Shown: positions 16,652 to 23,715 of the stretch, piece by piece
How positions within the stretch are numbered: the stretch's first letter is position 1
Layout of the letters: each line of letters begins with the position of its first letter
NCBI GenBank assembly: GCA_021325295.1
Contig: JAJPHM010000057.1
Span: forward strand, 10,896 to 34,895
DNA: 24,000 nt
Source: Nitrososphaeraceae archaeon
GTDB taxonomy: Archaea; Thermoproteota; Nitrososphaeria; Nitrososphaerales; Nitrososphaeraceae
Reading direction: 5' to 3'
The notes under the pieces: model-generated
Told to the model about the DNA's origin: nothing
The model's input: only the letters and a program-made list of their open reading frames with translations
The model's database searches: none
Position numbers and translations under genes: made by a program

Positions 16652-19177
16652 CTAGTGGAACCCATCGGTGACAACTCCAAATAGGTCTCCAAGCCAATCA
16701 GCTGCAGAGTTTGCCTGCTTGCCAAGGAACTGTGCTTGCACATTTGTCGGCGACTGGTTTGTTCCGCCTGAGACAAGTATCATGATGTCCTCTCCGCCAG
16801 AGTACAGGTTTCCGTCCCGCAGAAGATCAGCCGTACCATAGACCACAAATTCCTGCGGGCCTATTGGCTGGGCAAGCTTTGTCTTAAAGTTTGCAATCTG
16901 CAGAGTATGTTCGTCCCTGCTTGCCTGCGAGTCAAGCCTGACGTTCAAGTTGGCATCGTCGCGAGCAGATACAAGGTGAGCAGAGAACGAAGCCGACCCT
17001 GGTGTGCCGGCGCTATCTACTTTTAACGTAAACAGACCAGAGATTACTAATGGACCCTGTGGAGTGGTCTGATTTGAAGTTACGGTGTAGATGTATCCTT
17101 TGATGTCAAGCGGAGCGTTCAAGTTAAAGGCCTGAGGCTGGGCAGATGTCCTTGCATATACTGCTGTAACTGCGATGTTTTGGCTCTGGCCGGTATTGAC
17201 AATGCTTACCAACCCTGACCCGCCGTACGGAGTCTGCACCCAAGTGCCAGGTACTGCTGTCTGGAATATCAAGTTTGCAAAGTTAGCGAAGAATATTGGG
17301 TATGTTCCCGCAGCCAGACCTTGGACTGTCAGAGGCGTAAAGCCCTGATCAATCTTTTTGCCAGACGAGTCGTATACTGTTACAAACATGCCCCGAATTT
17401 GGTTACCGCTCGTATCTATTGAATTCAGTGTCATGGAATTGCTGGGTGATACAGGAGGTGGACTTGGTGGAGAAGCTTGGTTGTATGTCGCAGTCACAGT
17501 AAATGTCTGTCCTGCCTGCACAGTAAGAATGCCCGCTCCTCCGTCATTTACCCTGGTCCACTGTCCCGGCGAAGCTGATGCAAACTGGTAATTGTTAAAA
17601 TTGGAATAGAACACGGAATATGTCCCTCCTGACAGATCCAGCTTGAGCGGGGTCTTGCCCGATCCTACTACTTGGCCTGTGCTTGTATCAAAGACAGTTA
17701 CCGGGGCTCCAGTGAGAGAAGAGCTATCGGCTGCTGAAATTGATTCAAACGATACTGTGGCAGGTCCTGTGTTCTGGTTTGTTTGAGACACCACAGTCAC
17801 GTTTTGCGTAATATTTGTCTGTCCAGACCTGACCTGCACTTGTGCAGACCCAGCACTGATACTTGCAGGAACCACAATTACGCTGTTAAATGATCCTTCA
17901 ATGTTTGTTATCACGTTTGTAATCTGGACGTTGTTGATAAATATCTGAACCTGCGATGCAGGCCTGAAGCCGTGCCCGCTGACTGTTATCTGTGTTCCGG
18001 GGCTTGCAGTAGAGTTGTTCAGCTGGACTGTCGCGTTTGATGTTTGTCCTGCGGTCGTATTGGTTCCGGTTGTCTGTGAATTGTTACGCAGAATTTGTGC
18101 AAGAGACGAAGAATTCAGTACCGAAGAGACATTTGAGTTTGAGCCTGAAATTAGACTTGGACCTGAATTGGAAGAATTCTGTACTGACGCAGCAGACACA
18201 TTAGTAGTAGTGCTGGTTGTAGATGTTGAAGTCTGATTGCTCGTCGTTGTGGTGGTGGATGAAGGTAAAGCCGTTACAGAAACCTGCTCAAATCCTGCTA
18301 GGTTATTCTGGATTGCAGTTACCGCATAGTTGCCAGCCTTTATGTCCGATGCAATGGTTGCCTGCACACTGAATGAGCCCTGCGAATCTGCAGCCACAGA
18401 GGCTATTCTATCCTTATCAGAAAACTCTATAGTTGTCGCACCGGCACTGGAGCTGGTTATGGAAAGCGGTCCCAAGCTGGCAGATGCAGTTTCTCCATTT
18501 GATTTGATATCAACCGAACATGTGTTATAGCTGCCTGATGGCGGGGACAACCACACAGTCGCTCTACCGGAACTGGAACTGAAAGAGGCAGAACCAATGT
18601 CCTTGCTATCGCAGTTCAGAGTTATTGTGCCGTTCTGGAATTGAGAGTCAAGTATTACAAACACCCTTCCGCTTCCTGTGCTACTTTGGCTCGCTGCTGT
18701 ACCTGTGGAAGAAGATCCAAAATGGAACATATCCTCAAGTTTGCTCAATGCGAAGCTAAAGATGTTGCCATTTGTGCTGGTTGAGGAAGATGCAGGTTGA
18801 GCTGATGCTGGTGGAGCTTGGGCCTGCTGGAGCAGTGTCAGGTTGCCGCCTTGAAACTGAGCAGGTGCTGATGATAGAAGGTAAAGGTTCACGTTGCCGT
18901 TTGGATTAAAGTTGCTTCCAGAGATGTGGATACTGGAGCCTTGCGTAACCTGGCTGCTATTGAGAACAATCTGGGGCCGCAGGCCAATCTGGGAAGATGC
19001 CGGTGCAACCGTGCTATTTGCGGCAGCTGTAGAACTGAACTGCGATGAATTTGCCGTTGAATTGGCAGTTGTAATATTAAATTCTTGGGCATTGACCAGA
19101 TTGCCGGTGGAATATAAAGATCCCACAAGGGTTCCGGCTATAACGAGCGCAGTTAATATGGACAGGTTTATCTTCAT
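16652..19177 (-). CDS. Large secreted Ser/Thr/Asn-rich cell-surface (S-layer-like or adhesin-like) glycoprotein candidate
   Basis: 841-aa ORF. The N-terminal hydrophobic signal or anchor is MKINLSILTALVIAGTLVGSLYS. It has long S/T/N/Q low-complexity linkers (SSTTTTTSNQTSTSTTSTTTN) and beta-rich Ig-like modules (SIHISGSNFNPNGNVNLYL; GTQITVSGHGFRPASQVQIFINN). I counted about 20 N-x-S/T sequons by hand. No C-terminal TM segment is present. Confidence 0.65.
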   Translation of the reverse strand: MKINLSILTALVIAGTLVGSLYSTGNLVNAQEFNITTANSTANSSQFSSTAAANSTVAPASSQIGLRPQIVLNSSQVTQGSSIHISGSNFNPNGNVNLYLLSSAPAQFQGGNLTLLQQAQAPPASAQPASSSTSTNGNIFSFALSKLEDMFHFGSSSTGTAASQSSTGSGRVFVILDSQFQNGTITLNCDSKDIGSASFSSSSGRATVWLSPPSGSYNTCSVDIKSNGETASASLGPLSITSSSAGATTIEFSDKDRIASVAADSQGSFSVQATIASDIKAGNYAVTAIQNNLAGFEQVSVTALPSSTTTTTSNQTSTSTTSTTTNVSAASVQNSSNSGPSLISGSNSNVSSVLNSSSLAQILRNNSQTTGTNTTAGQTSNATVQLNNSTASPGTQITVSGHGFRPASQVQIFINNVQITNVITNIEGSFNSVIVVPASISAGSAQVQVRSGQTNITQNVTVVSQTNQNTGPATVSFESISAADSSSLTGAPVTVFDTSTGQVVGSGKTPLKLDLSGGTYSVFYSNFNNYQFASASPGQWTRVNDGGAGILTVQAGQTFTVTATYNQASPPSPPPVSPSNSMTLNSIDTSGNQIRGMFVTVYDSSGKKIDQGFTPLTVQGLAAGTYPIFFANFANLIFQTAVPGTWVQTPYGGSGLVSIVNTGQSQNIAVTAVYARTSAQPQAFNLNAPLDIKGYIYTVTSNQTTPQGPLVISGLFTLKVDSAGTPGSASFSAHLVSARDDANLNVRLDSQASRDEHTLQIANFKTKLAQPIGPQEFVVYGTADLLRDGNLYSGGEDIMILVSGGTNQSPTNVQAQFLGKQANSAADWLGDLFGVVTDGFH

Positions 19178-19200
19178 TGGTCATAATCGGCGCTATATTG

Positions 19201-19208
19201 GATAAAAG
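19201..19208 (-). promoter_or_regulatory. TATA-like box for the surface protein gene
   Basis: The minus strand reads CTTTTATCC, centred about 27 nt upstream of the ATG at 19177. This is consistent with a leaderless or near-leaderless archaeal mRNA. Confidence 0.4.
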
Positions 19209-19323
19209 CGGAAACCAGTAAGAATCTATAACAGTTAAATACTTTTTTGCACGCCGTCTAGGCAGTTGGATGCAACCCGCAGGGCCATAATTTTAAGCAA
19301 GCCTATCAGGATAGCACCAAAAC

Positions 19324-19330
19324 TATTTAT
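19324..19330 (+). promoter_or_regulatory. TATA-like box for the TPR protein gene
   Basis: TATTTAT is centred about 26 nt upstream of the ATG at 19353. Confidence 0.4.
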
Positions 19331-19352
19331 CTGCGATCAAGAAATTTAATTC

Positions 19353-20486
19353 ATGGGCAGACTGTTTGGGAGGAGCGATAGCAATAAATCTGGCCCTCCT
19401 GAATCGGCTGGTTATTCAGGTTCTGGTTCCAGTTCTAGTTCTAGTTCTGGCTTTAGCGACTCTGAATTTCAAAAGCGCGACCTGTACAACAAAGGCGTCG
19501 CCCACATGTCAAATGACAAGATGCATGATGCGGTGCGCAGTTTTGAACTTGCTATTAGAATAGATCCAAATTATGTAGATGCATGGATCAAAAAGGGCTA
19601 CGCCCACTTTCATCTGGGCGAATATACTGTAGCCATCTCCTGTTATGATAGGGCGCTTGAGATAGATGTCAACAACGCAGACGCATGGAATCTCAAAGGC
19701 TTGGCTTATTACAAGATGAAAAACTATCCCAAGGCCATCGAGTGCTGCGAAAAGGCAATTGACATTGATCCAAATGACCACATGGCGTGGTACAACAGAG
19801 CCTGCTACCTTACTTTGAGCAATAGAGTTGACGAAGGACTCGATGCACTGAAACGCTCGATCGAAATAGAAATTTCAAACGCCAGGAAGGCGGTGCGCGA
19901 TAGAGACTTTGAAAACGCCCGAGCAGAGGAAGGCTACAGAAGAATAATTGAAGTTGTGGTTCTTGAGTCCATAAGGCAGGGCTATGATTATGTTGGCAAA
20001 ATTGTCTGGGTTACAGGAATGGACAAGGCAGATGTTGAGGATGCTGTAATGCGCCTGAAGATGAAGGGGCTGATAATCGGAAGGGAGAGAAGAAGCCTCA
20101 CAAGCAAAGAAGAGTATTACGAACTTGCCAAAGAAATAGCAGACAAGGTCGGTTCAACAAAGAGAACCGGCCTGTTCAAGAGCAAGGAAGTATCGGCTCC
20201 AGTGCAGGAGCTGAAGGACATTAGCGAGATTCTGGGCTGGGCCAAAGACTCGATTGAAAAAGGCGACCTTTCCGCTACGCTTGAAAATTTTGACCAGCTT
20301 ATAAATCCCTCAAAGCACGGCAACGCCATGATAGAGCAATTCTTTGACGAGCACAGAGACCTGAGGCTCTTTCAGATAAGGCTTAAAGATAAAGGTCAAG
20401 AGTATCTCAACTCGCACAAGTCAGAGCTTTTAGAGTTGATATCGTCTATTGATGCAAAAGTGAGAAGCAGTCCTGCTACGCGGTAG
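19353..20486 (+). CDS. TPR-repeat protein with a C-terminal winged-helix-like segment
   Basis: 377-aa ORF. The N-terminus has a Ser/Gly tract (SGSGSSSSSSSG). There are at least four 34-aa TPR units (AIRIDPNYVDAWIKKGYAHFHLGEYTVAISCYDRALEIDVNNADAWNLKGLAYYKMKNYPKAIECCEKAIDIDPNDHMAWYNRA...). A segment resembling a wHTH follows (VGKIVWVTGMDKADVEDAVMRLKMKGLIIGRE). Confidence 0.7.
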   Translation: MGRLFGRSDSNKSGPPESAGYSGSGSSSSSSSGFSDSEFQKRDLYNKGVAHMSNDKMHDAVRSFELAIRIDPNYVDAWIKKGYAHFHLGEYTVAISCYDRALEIDVNNADAWNLKGLAYYKMKNYPKAIECCEKAIDIDPNDHMAWYNRACYLTLSNRVDEGLDALKRSIEIEISNARKAVRDRDFENARAEEGYRRIIEVVVLESIRQGYDYVGKIVWVTGMDKADVEDAVMRLKMKGLIIGRERRSLTSKEEYYELAKEIADKVGSTKRTGLFKSKEVSAPVQELKDISEILGWAKDSIEKGDLSATLENFDQLINPSKHGNAMIEQFFDEHRDLRLFQIRLKDKGQEYLNSHKSELLELISSIDAKVRSSPATR

Positions 20487-20592
20487 CAGGTTAAAGAATA
20501 ACGCAGGATAGCTAGATCAATAAACGAAAACGTTACGCAGTCACCTAGACTTGGGCTTGATGGCAGGTGGTGCCCATAACATTAGCGCGGCA

Positions 20593-20892
20593 CTATGTTA
20601 TTGCTTTGAGGTGTTTCATGGCATCGCGGATTTCTTTTGCACGGGCAACAATTATCGAGTTTATTTCTCGCTGTTCGTCAAGGTTTGGCTGCCGCCGGTA
20701 CTGGCTTACAAATACGCTGTAGGCCAGGCCTGAAATTCTGCCTACCGTCTGGCCGTAGCAGAAATCAAAAGCATGATCGTATTTCCAGATCGCCTGATGG
20801 TTCCGTATGTCTGAAGATGTATCGCTTACAGCAGCTATCAAGCTATCGATGCTGCCATTGATTATTTCTTTGAATGCCTTATCAAACGGCAT
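20593..20892 (-). CDS. Hypothetical 99-aa protein immediately downstream of the CRISPR trailer end
   Basis: ORF with an ATG start at 20892, 71 nt beyond the last (trailer-side) repeat and on the strand I infer for array transcription. It has helical-looking composition and no recognisable motif. Confidence 0.45.
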   Translation of the reverse strand: MPFDKAFKEIINGSIDSLIAAVSDTSSDIRNHQAIWKYDHAFDFCYGQTVGRISGLAYSVFVSQYRRQPNLDEQREINSIIVARAKEIRDAMKHLKAIT

Positions 20893-20963
20893 ATATAGCG
20901 CAACTTGTTCTTGAAGGGACGTATTAAGCTAAGCAGGCTAGCGACTGTGCATAGTTAGACTTC

Positions 20964-23375
20964 CTTTCAATCCTATCATAGTTCGATTCAAACGTTTTCT
21001 ATGACTCTTGCCCTTCGAGATCCACAGCACTTTCAATCCTATCATAGTTCGATTCAAACGGGTAACTCTTTGCCGTATAGAAGCTGCTGTAAAAGCTTTC
21101 AATCCTATCATAGTTCGATTCAAACTGGATATACCATGATCCACCAATTGTTATCTGTGTCCTTTCAATCCTATCATAGTTCGATTCAAACCATCAATAA
21201 CCATGACTGATTCAACACAGAATTTCACTTTCAATCCTATCATAGTTCGATTCAAACCTTGACCTATACTGTTCCCTTTGTGGCTGGATTCATCTTTCAA
21301 TCCTATCATAGTTCGATTCAAACCCGTCTATGCAGCAGAACAAACTGGTAGAAAGTGGCTTTCAATCCTATCATAGTTCGATTCAAACTTGAGTCTGTGA
21401 GTTTTTGTCGATTGTCTTAGACGTCTTTCAATCCTATCATAGTTCGATTCAAACAACTACTGTCAAATGCGTTGTTGCCTCTTCGCCATTCTTTCAATCC
21501 TATCATAGTTCGATTCAAACTTGGGAATATTAATCATAATGGCAAAAGATGTATTCCTTTCAATCCTATCATAGTTCGATTCAAACACGGATGCCTGAAC
21601 AATGTCTTTGCAATGCTCCAAACTTTCAATCCTATCATAGTTCGATTCAAACTTCGATAGATATCGCTCTGTCGTCTCGTCAAGACAGGCTTTCAATCCT
21701 ATCATAGTTCGATTCAAACCGATATTCTTCAGAGCGTCAGAGTTGACTGGTATCAGCTTTCAATCCTATCATAGTTCGATTCAAACCACGTGTGATGGCC
21801 CTCAATGACATCGTTCATTTAACTTTCAATCCTATCATAGTTCGATTCAAACTGACCCAAATGCGGTCGCGATAGATTTCTACATCCACTTTCAATCCTA
21901 TCATAGTTCGATTCAAACTACAGCCTAGAGCGGGCTATATGTTGGCGGTTCTGACTTTCAATCCTATCATAGTTCGATTCAAACTTATCACCGCTGGCTC
22001 TAGGAATGGCGAGCCTTCGAACTTTCAATCCTATCATAGTTCGATTCAAACAATAGTATTCTTAAACTGCTCTTCTGTGATAAACAGCTTTCAATCCTAT
22101 CATAGTTCGATTCAAACAATTTAATTTGCACCAACAATTGCCATGGCATTGATCTTTCAATCCTATCATAGTTCGATTCAAACCAATTTTTACTTGCTGT
22201 TTAGAAATAGGGAGAGTTACTTTCAATCCTATCATAGTTCGATTCAAACCTCTTTGCTTCATCTACAACACGCTCCATAAATTCACTTTCAATCCTATCA
22301 TAGTTCGATTCAAACTTAGCCAATATTTTGATACTTGTATCGTTGGTGATCTTTCAATCCTATCATAGTTCGATTCAAACGGCAACGATGTCGAAGGTTT
22401 TACGCGTAGCGATGTAACTTTCAATCCTATCATAGTTCGATTCAAACTAACATCGACTTCTTGATTTATCACTATATGTTCGCCTTTCAATCCTATCATA
22501 GTTCGATTCAAACTTTCAATTCACCTTACCATCGAAAACGGTTTTAATGTCTTTCAATCCTATCATAGTTCGATTCAAACTGCCATAAGCTACAGGCACA
22601 ATTAAAGCGCTAACAGCTTTCAATCCTATCATAGTTCGATTCAAACTTTGCAGGCAAGCTAGACGATAAAATCGTTTTGACCAACTTTCAATCCTATCAT
22701 AGTTCGATTCAAACGCGACCAGATTAAAATCGAAGCCATGATCGAGTTAACTTTCAATCCTATCATAGTTCGATTCAAACATAATCTTACCGACTTGCGC
22801 ATGCTCTTACATGTCACTTTCAATCCTATCATAGTTCGATTCAAACTTTTCGGCCTAGTTTTTCAGTATCGTAATGTTTTTCCTTTCAATCCTATCATAG
22901 TTCGATTCAAACAATGGCTTGCCAACATGTGCAAACAAAATAATGTCACTTTCAATCCTATCATAGTTCGATTCAAACCTTTGAAAGTATGCGCTGTTCA
23001 CATGCCTTGCAAAGCTTTCAATCCTATCATAGTTCGATTCAAACTCAACTTCATCCAGTTTTCGTCAGTATTAGCGCCAGCTTTCAATCCTATCATAGTT
23101 CGATTCAAACATGATGTTTTGATACTGAGCGCAGATAGCGCAGAACTCTTTCAATCCTATCATAGTTCGATTCAAACCCTATCATCAATCAGTGAATCTG
23201 CCTGCAAGCCAAACTTTCAATCCTATCATAGTTCGATTCAAACCTTTCTAATCTCTCGTCAACCCATGCAGTGAATTTTCTTTCAATCCTATCATAGTTC
23301 GATTCAAACCATTATTGCAAATCACAAAGGGGAGGCTTTTGTTCTCTTTCAATCCTATCATAGTTCGATTCAAAC
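20964..23375 (-). CRISPR. CRISPR array: 37 x 30-nt repeats, 36 spacers (35-38 nt)
   Basis: I located every unit by hand. The first repeat is 20964..20993 and the last is 23346..23375. All 37 copies are identical: CTTTCAATCCTATCATAGTTCGATTCAAAC on the + strand, GTTTGAATCGAACTATGATAGGATTGAAAG on the - strand. Spacer lengths are 27 x 36, 6 x 37, 2 x 35 and 1 x 38 nt, which sums to 2,412 bp together with the repeats. All spacers are different by eye. The minus strand is assigned because the repeat then starts GTTT and ends ATTGAAAG. Confidence 0.97.
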
Positions 23376-23451
23376 CCCCTACTTTTCCATTCTCTCTCAT
23401 ATACAGTTAGTATATCAATATTTTGGGGTCAACCTGCGATGCTGCTATTTA

Positions 23452-23459
23452 TTTATAAA
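23452..23459 (-). promoter_or_regulatory. TATA box candidate for pre-crRNA transcription
   Basis: TTTATAAA is a palindromic sequence. On the minus strand the context is GCCTTTATAAATAAATAG. It is centred about 80 nt upstream of the first leader-proximal repeat base (23375). Confidence 0.4.
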
Positions 23460-23685
23460 GGCTGGCCCCATTTGGCTACTTCGACTACCAGAATATGTTA
23501 TCTGCTGTGTCCTTCTTAATATTCATCCTGTCAGATTGTCCAGTCCAGCTACATGGGATTGTTTACATCATGCAGAAGAGTTATGCTCCTCTACTACCTC
23601 AATTACGATTCCAATCTATCTCAAGGCTGCCAGTATTCTGCTACTAGCGGTCACCTGTCTGGATTTATCTGATACATACTAGACC

Positions 23686-23693
23686 TTATATCC
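23686..23693 (+). promoter_or_regulatory. TATA-like box for ftsZ
   Basis: CTTATATCC is centred about 27 nt upstream of the ATG at 23716. Confidence 0.4.
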
Positions 23694-23715
23694 ATTTTTG
23701 GGCATCAACTCTTTC

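Larger units (their letters stand above)
23376..23715 (-). promoter_or_regulatory. Putative CRISPR leader, in an intergenic region shared divergently with ftsZ
   Basis: This is a 340-nt ORF-free, AT-richer stretch between the last repeat (23375) and the ftsZ ATG (23716). It lies upstream of the array in the inferred transcription direction. Confidence 0.55.

Noticed and set aside
20893-20963. Alternative orientation: plus-strand array transcription with the leader on the left side.
   Set aside because: Only 71 nt separate the first repeat from the start of the 99-aa ORF. The plus-strand repeat would begin CTTTC and end CAAAC, which does not match the usual GTTT...ATTGAAAG polarity. The 340-nt AT-rich ORF-free region with a good TATA box lies on the right side. 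This is not formally excluded without RNA data.
23111-23147. C/D-box-like words (ATGATG … CTGA) inside spacer 33. A similar CTGATG…CTGA occurs at about 545-585.
   Set aside because: These are imperfect C boxes (not RUGAUGA), with no C'/D' pair, terminal stem or appropriate spacing. One lies within a CRISPR spacer and the other overlaps the 3' end of a CDS.
20938-23274. Nine ORFs from the track lying inside the CRISPR array (for example 22738..23274, 178 aa), with recurring peptides FNPIIVRFK, FQSYHSSIQT, LNRTMIGLK and FESNYDRIE.
   Set aside because: These are translation artefacts. The commonest repeat-plus-spacer period is 66 nt, exactly 22 codons, so the stop-free repeat is read in the same frame unit after unit until a spacer of a different length or one containing a stop intervenes. 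The recurring peptides are simply the repeat translated in different frames.
20964-23375. Self-targeting spacers, meaning spacers that match other parts of this window.
   Set aside because: I scanned distinctive spacer words against the window by eye and found no convincing match. This is a weak negative, so a computational search against the window and the whole genome is still needed.
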